DNA from: Nemertoderma westbladi
Lineage: Eukaryota; Animalia; Xenacoelomorpha
Length of the DNA stretch: 64,000 nucleotides
NCBI GenBank assembly: GCA_032718475.1
Contig: JAUCBJ010007809.1
Location: forward strand, 1 to 64,000
Direction of reading: 5' to 3'
The notes under the pieces were generated by a model. The model was not told where the DNA came from. It saw only the letters and a list, made by a program, of their open reading frames with translations, and made no database searches. The position numbers were made by a program, and so were the translations under genes. Shown here in pieces: positions 24,842 through 39,620 of this stretch (its first letter is position 1; the number at the start of each line of letters is the position of its first letter).

Positions 24842-27436
24842 TGATGAATTATTTCACTATAAGATAGCATTTATACTTTAACTTTAACGTAAAAACTTTC
24901 GAAAATCCGACGCATTTGAGTAAGTTACAGTAATGTAATATGCCTATTCATATTTGTACACATAAAACCCCTAGTTACTCTCGTGGCATAGTGGTCAACG
25001 ATGAGCATGGTCATCGAACGATGAGCAGGGCCAATCATAGGGCATAGAACATCTTATTGCTCCAATGTGAGGCTATGGAAAATTCTGTTTGGATTCCATG
25101 TCCCTATGGAAAATTCTGTTTGGATTCCATATCCAAGATTTAGTGTATATAAAGGCTGGTTTGCCTTCGGTTATCACCTTGCACTAATCATTCGGCCCCA
25201 TTCTGTCGTTTTTAGTTTCTTGTTGAAACTATTTGTAAATCTGTTTGATAAATCTTTTGCTAAACTGTAAATACACTGTCAACTTCTGAACATGTTTTTC
25301 TTTGGTCCAACTTTGGGACAGCCAAACATCGGGAAGATGGCCGCCTAGACCATTAGGCTGTCAGCAACGCAGGGAAAGAATGTCCACAACACGCTAGCGC
25401 CCACATTAGGTTAGACCGCGCACCCCCTTCGCCCTACGAAATGCTCAACTTGCCATGCAGCGCCCGCTTTATGAGGAAGGTAAGACTTTGTTCGACGCCC
25501 TTGCCCGACGTAAGACCTATAGATCAGGGTAAGCGTGACGCAGTTCTGGGACGCCGCAAAATTTAGGATCAAATAACGAAGTTCTAAAGGCAGAACCCCT
25601 TTGTCAGTCCTGCAAATCCCTGGGTTACCTGTATACCTCACAGGTGCGAGCTATTGCCGTTCGTCAGTGCGCAAGTACATATTAGGTACGGACAGCATAC
25701 GTTCCATAATTTAGTGATTTGTTAGTACTGACTGTTTGGTACCGGTTCGCTTTGTGGAACATACATTAGTACACCCCCCCCCCCCCCCTGCTGAAGTTAG
25801 TTATTTGATCAGGCAAGGAGTATTTCTGCACACCGCTTGGCCTAGGGAGGTTTTATTAATATCCTACCGCGCCTTGCCACGTACTGATAGGTATTTGCTG
25901 CTAACTACCGCAGCAACAAAGTTCTAGAATCAAATTTGTATACCAGAACAGCTAGCGTACGGTAGCAATTAACCCCTATTTCTTATCTTACAACCAGAAT
26001 CTGGTATTTGTGCCAATCACGGGTGTAGTTACTAACACCGTGGTTGCCCAGTTGAGTTGTGGATAGGAAGGAGAGAGCTTTGACGTCATTTGCAAGTATA
26101 AAGTTCTACACGAAGTGGGGACTTCGCGCAGCACGAAGTTGGCAGAGCCTTAGCGAATTGACACTGTTAGGGGGTAGGTCAATTTATGCAAATAGTCACG
26201 TTGGCCCTCTAGCGGCAGACTGGAGAACTGCAGATGGATTCGCTTCCTTTGAAAGTCACAGCTAATGGTCTAATACATATCTGCCAAGTTTCAGCTTAAA
26301 CGGATTAAAAGCAAAGAAATGGGAGGGCATTTAATGTTTAGACATGTGGCCCTCTAGCGGGAGACCATTGCACTGATGGTGTCTGAAAGTCTCTCAAAAA
26401 TCTCAACTTTTGCTCATATTGATACCTACAAATTTTTAACTTGGCAGCTTTAAATCCGACAAAGTTATTAGCATGTCAAAATCGTAACGACGACGACAAC
26501 GACGACGACAACGACGACGACGACGACAACGACGACGACAACTATTTGCATAAATTGACCCACCCCCTAACAGTGTCAATTCGCTAAGGCTCCGCCAACT
26601 TCGTGGCTCGCCCCACAAAACGCGACTAGCTTATTTTCGTAGCTAGCGCACGGTATTGTTTTGGTCAGAGAATTACTAAAACCTAGTAAATGATATACAC
26701 CAAAATTGTTTTATTGTAACACACCCACACACACACGCCCTAAAACATATTTACCCTTAGAGTTCTACTAGTTATAGCGCATTTTAGGTTACTTTAGGCA
26801 GAATTTATTTGTACTTTACTATTCGTATTTGTAAAATTAGGATCAGATATTTAGTTACGGCAAGGGAGTATTTCATTATTTCGTTATTAAACTGTTGTTT
26901 GCCTAGAGCAGCAGTATTGTTACATTAGGCACGACCCATTTTAGACTGATTCAGACAGGGAGATCAGTATTGTAACACTACGCCTGTAACCCACCTAGCT
27001 CGTATATAAACCATATAAATCACACCGCGGCAAGTTGCGGTATTTAGGGCTGTCAGCGATAGTTAGGATTCACTGCGCGGGGATTGTTTTCCCGTGAGTT
27101 TGGTCTGTTACTGTAACTGTACATCTGCCATACTGGTATCCTTTTGTCTAGTTCGTAGGTATTAGACCCGCTCACGTACATAGAATAGACACCAGGCTCT
27201 GCTCCTCGCCAGTAGTAGTTTGTGTATTGTATCTGTTTGTTTAGATATCCTGGACTGGGATTTGTTGTCAGATACTGTACGAACCCGTTTCATTACTAGA
27301 GTCTTACAGTAAGATACATAGTTACTAGGATCTGGTAAGCGGTATACTACTGGACTTTATGGTTAGAGATATTCTATAGCTTCATATTAGTAGATTTGTA
27401 GGCCATAGGGTAGTCCCTACCGTAGAGGACACAACA
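24842..27436 (+). mobile_element. Solo LTR (~2.1 kb without its nested insert), related to the family A LTR
   Basis: TG..CA termini; GTTTC TSD at 24837-24841 and 27437-27441; the satellite reads through when it is removed; TATA-like CATATAAATCACACCGCGG shared with ~7090. Confidence 0.8.
26100..26620 (-). mobile_element. Helentron-associated (DINE-1/HINE-like) non-autonomous element
   Basis: ~65-bp subterminal inverted repeats (~26132-26197 and 26541-26605), (CGA/CAA)n microsatellite 26487-26541, terminal stem-loop CACGAAGTGGGGACTTCGCG, T-rich ends on the minus strand. Confidence 0.65.
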
Positions 27437-30400
27437 GTTTCATCGTATTGCCAAAGTGACTGGAGCTGAAGTTAACTCATAATACAATAATTCACCTCAA
27501 ATATCTCAGCTATTTCATGAACATAATGAAAAATAAAAGCCATGTCAAAATCTTTGGTATTTTTCTGCAATAATTTATCAAAATATCCTCTGATTCTTTA
27601 CTATAACCATATCGATTTTAATATTTATAACTTCTAACCCACTCCACGAGATAGAGAATCTTAAATGAAAGTCAAAAGAACAGGTAACACTTACATTTAT
27701 AGCAGTAATCAGCTGTTATATGCTACGTCTTTCCGCTGGAGATGGATGAATTTTGGTTGTGTTAGAACACCCCCTATCTGTGGTTGTATGAGTGGAGAGA
27801 TAAGTATCCTATCTTCCTATTAATATTGTTGTGTTCTAGAATATTTATTATTGTTTCATCGTATTGCTAAAGTGGCTGGAGCTAAAGTTATTATGTAATG
27901 CCATAATTCACCTCAAATATCTCAGCTATTTCATGAACATAATGAAGTATTAAAGCCATGTCAAAATACTTGGTGTTTTTCTGTAATAATTTATCAAAAT
28001 ATCCTCTGATTACTTACTATAACCATATCGATTTTAATATTTATAACTTCTAACCCACTCCACGAGATAGAGAATCTTAAATGAAAGTCAAAAGAACAGG
28101 TAACACTTACATTTATAGCAGTAATCAGCTGTTATATGCTACGTATTTCTGCTGGAGATGAATGAATTTTGATTGTGTCAGAACACCCCCTATCTGTGGC
28201 TGTCTAAGTGGAGAGATAAGTATCCTATTTCCGTGTTAATATTACTGTATTCTAGAATATTTATTTTTGGTTCATCGTATTGCTAAAGTGGCTGGAGCTA
28301 AAGTTATTATGTAATGCAATAATTCACCTCAAATATCTCAGCTATTTCATGAACATAAAATGAAGAATTAAAGCCATGTCAAAATCATTGGTGTTTTTCT
28401 GCAATAATTTTTCAAAATATCCTCTGATTTTTTTCAAAAACCATATAGATTTTCTTATTTATATCTTCTAACCCACTCCACGAGATAGAGAATCTTAAAT
28501 GAAAGTTAAAAGAACAAGTAACACTTACATTTATAGAAGTAATCAGCTGTTATTTGTTATGTCTTACCGCTGAAGATGAATGAATTTTGATTGTGTCAGA
28601 ACACCCCTATCTGTGGTTGTATGAGTGGAGAGATAAGTATCCTATCTTCATATTAATATTGTTGTGTTCTAGAATATTTTTTATAGTTTCATCGTATTGC
28701 CAAAGTGACTGGAGCTGAAGTTAACTCATAATACAATAATTCACCTCAAATATCTCAGCTATTTCATGAACATAATGAAGAATAAAAGCCATGTTAAAAT
28801 CTTTGGTATTTTGCTGCAATAATTTATCAAAATATCCTCTGATTCTTTACTATAACCATATCGATTTTCATATTTATAACTTCTAACCCACTCCTCGAGA
28901 TAGAGAATCTTAAATGAAAGTCAAAAGAAAAGGTAACACTTACATTTATAGCAGTAATCAGCTGTTATATGCTAAGTATTTTCGCTGGAGATGAATGAAT
29001 TTTGATTGCGTCAGAACACCCCCTATCTGTGATTGTATGAGTGGAGAGATAAGTATCCTATCTCCATATTAATATTGTTGTTCGCGCTTTTAAGACCTTT
29101 GGCAGTTTAACCCGCCAAATCTATATGTCTTCTAGGTTATAAATCTACTCCAGCCTATGACAAGTATTGAACACCTATAATAATTCTAACATTAGCCGAA
29201 GCCAGTCTGTGCGCGACCATTCACCCGCTGGATATACCCGGGAGACTGGATTCGGATGCTTTAATTTGATTGCGGTGCAGGCCTACCGTATTATTCGATT
29301 GATGATCGTTAATATAATTCCTGACAAATATCATTCACTTTCGGGAAATATTAGCAGTTCCTTTAGGACGTGGCGCTCTATCTATATAAATAGAGCTATG
29401 GCTTACACTAAACACAACGGTATGTCTTATAGATCACCAAAGTGCATTCTTTAGGAAATGCTTTGTTACTCGGTCAAGCGCACACAGACTATTGCACACA
29501 ACTGCACACTGAATTGCCGATATTCACTGATTTTAATCATATATAAAGAGAATAACAACCGACATTTGTAGGGCCTATTAGGTAGCATTGAATTCACTAC
29601 AAACCACGATAATGTATGTCGCAAATTGTTATATGTAACCGGTCTCTCTAACCTTAGTGTATCAAGAAGATTGGGTTTTCGGATCGTTATCAATATTCTT
29701 CCCAATAATAATATGTAAACGAACGATACAATTAACAACACAGTAAATAGCAGTAAATAATGCGGCGAAAAGCAGTTTACGTCAGGGTGCTTAATCAGGT
29801 GCCTGACAAGCAAGTACTGAGGTACCGAGTACCGAGTAGCAGGACCAGGTAGTCGTATATGCCCCGACCAAGTGTACTCAACCAAGATAACAGTTTGATG
29901 ATCTTATAATTAAAGACGCTCTAATGTTAGGAAACATTCCACAGCCGGTGTTCTAGGCGTGGTGGAAACGTCAGTACTGAATCCTGTGATTCTGCTGTAC
30001 AGCTTTTACACAAAGAGGGAATCTCTGATTGGTTGAATGGCAAAAAGCTCCACGTGGACACAGCTGATAGATGTCGTCATTTGAGCTGAGCAGAACAAAG
30101 CACCAAGGCAAGGCTCCGGGCAAGCTACACGTGTAAAGCTCAGCCGTTAGCTGTCGTCATAGTAACTACACTGTTTCAAGAGGATCTAGGGCGTTGCGTC
30201 ATAGAATTGCTAATTATGTCCTCTAAAGTACACATACAGAAGAAATAGCTTTTATGTCCCCTAAAAACACCGGTACAGTAAGGAAACGGCTTTTATGTCC
30301 GTTAAAACACCTACAGAGTACTTTACGGGAAAAATAACCAGCTAATTCCGCAAAAGCTTTTACAATTGTTGTGTTCTAGAATATTTTTTATAGTTTCATC

Positions 30401-30496
30401 GTATTGCCAAAGTGACTGGAGCTGAAGTTAACTCATAATACAATAATTCACCTCAAATATCTCAGCTATTTCATGAACATAATGAAGAATAAAAGC
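27437..30496 (-). repeat. Satellite array, orientation B (~4.3 monomers), interrupted by a solo LTR
   Basis: GTTTCATCGTATTGC recurs about every 416-418 bp. Confidence 0.95.
29079..30364. mobile_element. Solo LTR, 1286 bp
   Basis: TGTT..TACA termini; ATTGT TSD at 29074-29078 and 30365-30369; the satellite is continuous when it is removed. Confidence 0.8.
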
Positions 30497-31078
30497 TGTT
30501 AAACTAGCTACCCCTGTACTAACTGCAGAACCGCTAAAACATACAAAGACGTGCTTTACTGTTAAACTAGCGGGTCCCTGCCTAACCAATAAAGACACAA
30601 AGACTGCTCTATTGTTAAACAGGGGTAATCAGGAGCGTGTTATCACTAATGTAGGGCTGCTAAATACAAAACCGCTACTCACCGTTGGATGGCGCTAACC
30701 TGCAGTCCACTAATATATGTTATTAATTTTCTACGGCTCCTGCTAATCGCTTGTTCCTTTCTCTGCCGATCGCTCAATAGCTGTTCGAACTATTCGAACA
30801 TGTTAACTGTTCGAACATATGAGCCACGCGGGAATAACCAAAACAATAAACCCGAATCGGCTCCCTAAGCTTACTTAAGACGAGTGTGAGAGGCTTTACA
30901 CTCACAGTGTATTCTTATGGCCTAATCTTACTGTTAAAACGCGCTAATAATTACATCTTTTCTAATCACAAATACTGGGGTTCCCTAACGGAATGTGTGA
31001 ATGTGAGAATATTTAAATATTCAAAAAATGGTACAGTTTTTTATATCAGGGAATGATACCTACTATGGGACTAAACTA
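30497..31078. mobile_element. Possible truncated LTR fragment of another family
   Basis: Begins TGTT exactly where the satellite stops and has repeated TGTTAAAC motifs. No second copy or TSD is visible. Confidence 0.35.
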
Positions 31079-31141
31079 CAGGTTGACGTCGCGAGAGGGT
31101 GGATGAAGCGTCGAGCCTGATCAGAAGAGGGAAGAAGAACA

Positions 31142-34100
31142 GTGGAGTTTAACCGGGAGGTCGACGAGAGATCTCACGAGTGGGAATACTGCACTGAAAA
31201 GAGAAGAGGAGAAGAAAGTAGAAGAAGTGTCGTCGCGAACGACAGGAGAGCGAGGACGGACAGCGAGCCGTCGGTAGTCGAGGTGGAAACGGAGAGTCAG
31301 TGGGGTCAAACTTTGGGAGATTGCCGTCGTCCCGGAGAAACGCGACCTGACAAGATGCACTACGCGTCGAGAGGGGGGTACACGATGTACCGGCATGAAG
31401 ATGAGAGGAGTAGAGAGGGTCAAAGAGAAACTTTCCGACGGGATTTTCCTACCGATCGAGGATACGGTAGCCGCGGGGAGGATTATTCAAGAAGATTAAA
31501 CTTCGATCCGGAACGACACATACAGACTGCAGGACATACTGTAGGCCTTACTGCACATACTATAGGCTATGCTGGGAGAGATAATGTAGGCGATAGGGTA
31601 GCGCGAAGGACGGGATTAAACCCGGAAGTCGCGGAGTACATACCGGCAGGTAGGCCAGAAGCTGATAGGCCTATACCGGTACCAGCACAGCAGTATGACT
31701 ACAGCATGCAAGGACATAACATACCAAGGGGAGGGGGGAATTATTGTGGATAGGTGCATGGGCCCCAATATATTAACATCAACCCCAGTACCAAACATAC
31801 CGGTGGGGGGGGGGGGGGGGCAGGGTGACATTTCCCCATCACAATATCAACAATATACCCCAGTAGGAGCAAGAACAACAAACCCCTTGGACGAGAATAG
31901 ATCATGCGACACCAAAATATGGAGAGGGCCGCTACCCCCGATGATATATCCGAGTCAAAAGAAAACAGCAAATAGGACGAACGGACGCACCCAGAAGGAG
32001 AAACTATACAGCACCCATCGAACCCATTGGAAGCGCAAGCGATGGGGATGGCTGCATTAATCGATGCCTTAAAAACCAGGATCGAGCTACCACCTGTGGA
32101 ACCATTCAAATTCGATGGGAGTAGGCCGGAAGAATATCTACAGTTTCGGCGCATGTATAGTAACGAAATACTGACAAAGAACTTGACGCAGGCGGAGTGC
32201 CTAAAGTATTTGCAAGTATATACAGGAGGCCCAGCATACGACATCGTGAGGCAATACCAGGGCACAGAGGGCGGCTTCACGACAGCATGACGGGCACTGG
32301 ACAGGGAATACGGGCACCCGGCCAAGATCATCCGGCAAACCCTGAAAGGCATAACATCGTGTGGCCTACAGGATAACCCCGTTAGCATAAATACATTCGC
32401 TAACAAATTCGAAAAGGCGCTAATCGTACTAAAGACACTGGATGCGCCATACGAACTCAACGCGTCTAACAACATCACTACTATAGCGCAGGCACTACCA
32501 ATCTGGCTGCGCAATAAGTGGAGAAAGATCGCATCTCCATTTGAGATAGGAAGTGTGCGGAACCGGGTTTAGAAGAGATGTCGCGCTTCTTAAATTACGA
32601 AGCCGAATTAATAACCGACCCAGTCTATAGTGAGGACAGCCTGGGAAAGGGATCAAGAACAGATTACCATAGACCGAAACCAGAACACAATGCGTCGAAC
32701 GCAGTACCAAAGCTCAGACAGTCACTGCTGTACGCAGGGACTACCAGTCCACAAGTAGCCGGGGATAAGACCACATCATGGGGTGGACAGGGGAAAAACA
32801 ACAACAAAAATAAACATAACCCCAGCATGCCCAGTAGGCTGAACCCAAACAATAAGAATAGTAGGGACTTTGGCACAAATATAAGTGCGATATGCAACAC
32901 ACTTTATAAGGATGGCTGCGACCCAAAGAGCAAATGCCAATTACATACAAATGCACTTCATCAGACCATGAACTGCAGGTACTGGCAGGCGCTACCCAGA
33001 GAAGATCAGGTGGAATACGCGAGAAGAAATGAAATCTGTTTGCGATGTGTGATGAGTGGACATAGGGCTAGACAATGCGAGGAGACGCTGATTAAGTTTG
33101 GTCAAAGTAAAGGCCAAACGATGGCAACGAGCACAGTAGGGGCAAAGAAGAGAGGAACGGTACTACTTGGGGTAGTACCAGTGCGAGTGATCGGAGAAGG
33201 CAATCGATCGGTGACCACACTGATGCTGGTCGACAGTGGTGCAGCCTTCACCTTAGTTAAGGATTGGGTGGCCGTAGAAATAGGATTGAGAATGAGGCCA
33301 AGTAGGATGGCGGTAACAACCATCTCCAGCAAGGATGAAGTCCTGGAGATGAGGACAGGACGGTGCGCGATAGCAGCGGTGGCACCGGGATGCGACTATG
33401 GGGCGACCATCGACCCCATCCAGGTGATAGACTTGGTAAATATCAATGCCAGGCGGCCAACTAACATCGAGGTCGAACAATATAAATTCCTGGACAGTAT
33501 CGATTTCTCAATCCCAGAGGTGGACGTTAGGAAAGTATCCATCATAGTAGGAATGGACTACCCGACGGCCCACAAAAGAATGCAAACGGTCTTCGGCGAA
33601 GACAAGCAGTGTGACCCAGTGGCGATATTAACACCATTTGGGTGGACGCTGAGCGGCCCAATTAAGAGTAAAATACCATTCAGGATGTCGGAGACATCAG
33701 GCTGCATGTTTGCGGGAACTATGCGAGAAATAGAGGATGAGGGAGCGGAGGAGCAGCACAAGAGACTGCTCAGGCAGGATTTTGAGGGATCAAAAGAGAC
33801 CGGGGTCGGAACGGTTGAGTAGCTACTGGACACAGGGCGCAAGGTTTGCAACATCCTTAAAAGATCCGGCTTTAACCTAACCAAATTGCAATCCAGTTCG
33901 AAGGAATTTATCAAGGCGATAAAAGATGAGAGACCAGGATCGACCATGGATAACCCCACGACAGCCAAGGGGCAGGACATGGCGACCAAACGTTTAGAGT
34001 TCCAACAGAAGGCACTAGGGATCGTGTGGAATAGAGAGATGGACAAGCTAAAGTACCAGTTAAGCCAGGAGGGCGCAGACATCCACACAAAAAGGGGCTA

Positions 34101-36285
34101 TGTGTCGTACATAGCGAGGATATACGATCCCTTAGGCCTAGCATCCCCATTATTAGTCACGGGGAAGCAGATACTCAAGAGAGTATACAAACTAAAGGAC
34201 GAGTGGGGCATAGAGGTACCAGAGGAGATCAAGAAACAGCAAGAAACAGTGGTGCAAGTGGACAGAAAGTTTGGAGCAAATGGGAACATACAACATGCCA
34301 CGAGTGTATTTCCCGGATGGGGACATGACAAATCTGGATCTGCACATGTTCTCCGATGCGTCACTAGAGGCATACAGAGCGGCACTCTATTTAGTAGAAC
34401 AAGAGGGGGCCCACAACCCCAGACTCGCCTTCAGCAAGGCGAAGTCGACGCCACCAGATTCAGCATCGGTTCCGAAACTCGAGTTAACAGCTGCGAGGCT
34501 AGGAGTTAGGGCCACAGCCTACATAATGGACACTATTCCTAACATAGTGGAAACACATAACTGGGCGGACTCCATGGTAGTGCTTGGTTGGCTACATAAC
34601 GAGAGGACGAGATACCCTATATTCGTCACAAATAGGGTGGACGAAATAAGGGCGACTACAAAACTAGAAAGGTGGCACTACTGCCCAACAGACGAGAACC
34701 CAGCGGACTTGTTATTGAGGGGCGTGGCACGCCACACTTTCTTGAAGAAGGAAGTACTGTGGCAACACGGACCTCAGTTTCTGAACGATAAGGAGGCCTG
34801 GCCGCCGATGAGAAAGGTGGACCTGGGCTCAGGAGAAGCAGCATTAGAGGGAGAAGAGGAAGGTTCAGAGGAAGAAGAGATATACTCCCAGATGGTGAGG
34901 GAGATAAGGGACGTGCAACCAAAACCAGGAGAACTGTGCGATAACCCAATGGATAAACTCTTTAGCTACAGTTCTAGTTGGTACAAGACCAATAAATTAG
35001 TGGCATACTGGAGGTGGAGAGCCTTCGGGGATTTCCTCATGGGAGTCGACAGGGACGTAAAAGTTAAAACAACAATCGATCTAGAAGGGTCGGCCAAAGC
35101 AATCATCCGCTATGAGCAAAGGAAGAACTACGGGGACGAGGTGGAACGCGTCGGTAAACAACGGCATCTCCGATGGGACAGCGAGCTGATCACGCTGTCA
35201 CCACAACTTAATGATGACGGGATTCTAGCAATGAACTCCAGGGTGGGATACATCAACAGTATTGTCGTACCACCGAAGCCCATCATCATCCCCTCAGGAT
35301 CGCCAATAGTCCACCAGAATATCTGGGACTCCCACAAGTCGATATTGCACGGGGGCACCAACCGAACCCTCATGGAGATACGGAGGACCTTTTGGGTCAA
35401 ACAGTTGAGGAAGAAGGTAAAGGCGGTAGTGGGGCAGTGCCAGACCTGCCGACGAGCGAAGAAGGAGAGAGCATACAGGAGATGGCACCACTACCCGCGA
35501 GTGGAGTAAGACAGCACGACCCGCCATTTACGCATTGCGGTGTGGACATGTTCGGGCCGATAAAGATTAAGGTGATGCGGTACACGGAGAAACGCTACGG
35601 TATAATATTCGTATGTAATAACACGCGGGCGGTAGGGATAGAACTTGCCCAAGATGCAACCACATCAGCATTCATTAATGCTCTAGAAAGGTTTAGAGAA
35701 CGCAAAGGTGGGACGGTGGCGGTAATATATTCTGACAGCGGCAACAACTTTGTGGGGGCGGAGAACGAGATGGCAGAGGCCTTGGATATCCTGGAAGGGG
35801 AGGAAGTCAGGGCAGCCATGAGAAGACGACAAGTAAAGTGGGAGAGGAGGACGCCATATGCCCCGCATACCCTAGGGTGCGTTGAGAGACTAGTGGGTAG
35901 TTCCAAGCACCTAATAACAAAGTTGATGAACACCCACATGGTTACGGAGGACATACTAAGGACAGTACTTGCAAAGTGTGAGGGTATGATTAATAGCAGA
36001 CCGCTATATCCAGAGAATGATGACCCGGAGTCACTAGACGCTCCACAGACGAAATAAGTGGAGGAGCACGAACAGAGAGAGACAGAGGGTGATCTCGTGA
36101 TCGTCATGGATGATACTATCATCAACAACCAGTGGTGGTTGGCGAGAGTTGTAGGCGCTTACCCCGATGAGGATGGAAGATTCCGATTGGTAGAAGTGCG
36201 GATAGGTGGCAAGATAGGTGCGAAAGACAGGAAGACCTACAGGAGGGCTGTAGGGAAGTGCTGTCTTCTAAAGGGGGCACCTTAG
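31142..36285 (+). pseudogene. gag-pol: Bel/Pao family B gag-pol pseudogene lacking the RT core
   Basis: Colinear with 48263-54110, with stops and frameshifts; jumps from GVGT directly to LDTG. Confidence 0.9.
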
Positions 36286-36935
36286 AATAGAGTAAGAGAT
36301 GTGTTTAGTCTTCCAAGTCTTGGACTGAGGGGGGTGGGATTGAGGGCGAGACGCCCTTCCCACACAAAATAAAAAAAAAATAAAAAAAAAATAACAGAGC
36401 GAGTGAGAGAGTTTGAAATGGCAGGGAAGCTGATCAGAAAGAGAAAAGCGGAGTCAGGAGGAAAGGAGATACGGAGATAAGGAGATAAGGAGAAAGGATG
36501 ACAACGAGTTCGGAGAGATGCCGCCCATCGGGAGGTTGGGCCACTCGGACACAGACTGGGTTGGCGGGAGGGTGGTGACGGCCAGTGGGGCAAGAGCCTT
36601 CTGGGATAGACCCGGCAAGCGGGCCTGGGTGCATTAGGAGCCGGCGATGGATTTCGCGGGGAGCACCATCAGGTTGGGTGAACAACTGGGGATGGCACCA
36701 CGGGTAGTATTCGGGGAGACGATGCCCGTGAGGGGCAAGGAGATCGACGTGGGCAGGGACACTAACGTCCAGAAGTTCGCTCGTCAGCGACTTCACAGAC
36801 CGCGGAGATCGCTTGGGACGAAGGACGACATGGGGCGGGAGACATGGGTGCTTGGCTGCGATTACTGTGGGAGGCAAACCCACCAGGAAAGGAGCTGTTT
36901 GTACCGGTTCCAGAAAGGAACTAGTTGTCTCTACT

Positions 36936-39620
36936 CACCCTGGGGCTGAATACAGATTTAGTCGAAAAAATTAGGTCAAGAATTTCGGTTATATTTTGTG
37001 ACTCTTTGACCCAAAACGATCCGATTTCGCGAAAAATTAAAAAAAATTATCGAAGAAAATTTTATTTATAAGTAATTTAATATTTATTTAATACTTATAA
37101 ATATTAGTCACCAATAAATTAATTAGCCCATGGATATATCATGGAAATTTGGAGTCTATGTGTTAAAGTAATGCAAAAAAACAAAAATGTAAAAAAATTT
37201 CTCGATATATATTTTAGTTATTAGTAATTTAATAATTATTTAATATTAACAAATATTAGTTTTCAAAAATAAATTAGCCCATGGATATGGAAAGAAAAAA
37301 TGGTGTCTATATGTTAAAGTAATGCGAAAAATCCAAAAATTAAAAAAAAATAACGATATAATATATTTTAGGTATTGATATTTACTTATTATAAATAATT
37401 ATAAATATCAATTAGTATTTTAATAATCATTATTTTCAATAATTATTAAAATATGTGTACATGGAATATCATTATACTAATGCAGAAAACTGAAGTTTAT
37501 TAAAAATATATATATATTATAAAATTGATTTATATTTATTTAACAATATTAATATTTATTGTACATTATAAATAATACTTTAGTTTATTTACAAATGTTT
37601 AGAGTTATATTCTTGAACGGCTCGTAACAGATGTTCAGAGTACTTTGGGTGTATCAAGGGTACCTTATGTATTTTGACCAGGAACTAGTCTGAAAGTCTG
37701 AATGTATCGATATTAAAGGAATATATATATTAAATATTAAAGGAAACATTACATTAATTGGAATAATTTTTACAAGTATTAAACATCACTACTGTATATT
37801 TATAATTTTGTACTAACCATGCACGCACACCCACACCTGTTATTTCATCTCTAATGGAGACGTGGAGACATACAAAATAAAGAAATAATTAGTTAAATTT
37901 AAACTCAAAACAATAATGATTTATGACCAAAATGCCAATGGCCTCCTGCCTGCCAGATACATTGTAAATTAATACTGATAGGTAGACAGGAGTAGAGGCA
38001 GCTATTGTATGTTTACTCTGCTGTTGCTGGACATCTGGAGTGGGTGGGTTTTAATATCTGTAATTGTGTTTGATAAATAATAAAGCAGGTAGTGATTGTC
38101 TGGGGGGGGGGGGGGGGGGTATTTGTTCTACACAACATACTTGGTTGGCATTCAGCATATCATCATACTATTTATAATTTGAGAATGTATGAAAGTTACT
38201 ATATGCCAGATTTAAGTTTTAATTATTTCGTTTCAATTTCTTATAATGCAACCAACCACCCACACATCGCAGACACACCTAAATAACACTACTAATAATT
38301 AATTTGAAAATTATATATAATTATTAAATATCAATAACTAAAATATATGTGGCTGGCCACGAGAAAAGGGACCTTATGTCGCAAAACCTGATTCTGAGAT
38401 AATCGCGTTTAAAGTTTCCCTCTATTTTTGGACAAATTTAATTGGATTATCAATTTAGAAATGTATAAAACGATGAGGGAAATTCAAATTGGTTCTGATA
38501 TTCAATATACCTAGGAAATAACTAATTACAGGAAGCAATATAAGATGCTGCAGTGTTGTATATAACACTGTCTTAGGGTTTTCATGTCTGAATTTAGGAC
38601 TGAAATAAATTCTACTACTGTAATATGTAGGTACTGTAGGCCTACAGTTATTTTTTAAATGCAATACAGTATAGCTATCATTTTCTTAATTTCTCTTCGT
38701 TTGTTCTGAAATTTCGTAATCCCAATAAAGAATTCAAAATACAAATAATTTGAAATTTTGTTAAACAAATTTATCTTTTTGAAAAAATTTTAAATTAAAA
38801 AAAAAATTTTTTTGGTTACATGTTTTTTTGAAAATTTTGCCAAAATTTTTTTAAAATAGTTCATGAACAATATTAATAGTTTCAAAGTGTTAAAAGTTGT
38901 ATAAAATGCCGAATAACATTGAGCTGCCTAACTATATAGTAAGAATTGCTATGATATTATTAATATTTTCAATTTTTTTAATAATCGCTTATTATAACCG
39001 CTATTAATAAAATTTTTTTTGCTACCCGATTCACCTTCACATAAATCACTATAACTTTTTTTTGGAAATAGATATTGAGACACCGTTTTTTTTGTTAAAA
39101 TCTCTGGAAAATTCTGCATCTCATAGGCCTAATAACTCAAAATCGACCTCCGGTGACATAAGGTCCCTTTTCTCGTGGCCAGCCACATATATCGATGTTT
39201 TTTTAAACTTTTTCGATTTTTTGAATTACTTTAACACATAGACTCAATTTTATTTTGTTTTATCCATGGGCTAATTCATTTTTAGAAATTAATACTTTTT
39301 AGTATTAAATAATTAATAAATTATTAATAACTAAAATATATATTGATAAATTTTTTTACATTTTTGTTTTTTTGCATTACTTTAACACATAGACTCCAAA
39401 TTTCCATGATATATCCATGGGCTAATTAATTTATTGGTTTATTGGTGACTAATATTTATAAGTATTAAATAAATATTAAAGTACTTATAAATAAAATTTT
39501 CTTCGATAATTTTTTTTAATTTTTCGCGAAATCGGATCGTTTTGGGTCAAAGAGTCACAAAATATAACCCAAATTCTTGGGCTAATTTTTTCGACTAAAT
39601 TTGTATTCAGCCCCAGGGTG
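36936..39620. mobile_element. Non-autonomous long-TIR DNA transposon, CAC..GTG termini, 4-bp TSD (Chapaev/CMC-like)
   Basis: TIR CACCCTGGGGCTGAATACA.ATTTAGTCGAAAAAATTAG extending ~400 bp; TACT duplicated at 36932-36935 and 39621-39624; empty site present in the paralogue at ~63070-63085. Confidence 0.85.
38348..39187. mobile_element. MITE nested in the Chapaev-like element (unclassified; (TA)n target)
   Basis: TIR TGTGGCTGGCCACGAGAAAAGGGACCTTATGTC at both ends with TATA flanks; TSD length ambiguous. Confidence 0.85.

Noticed and set aside
29167-29885. ORFs within the solo LTR
   Set aside because: Non-ATG starts, no recognisable motifs, inside a TSD-flanked LTR.
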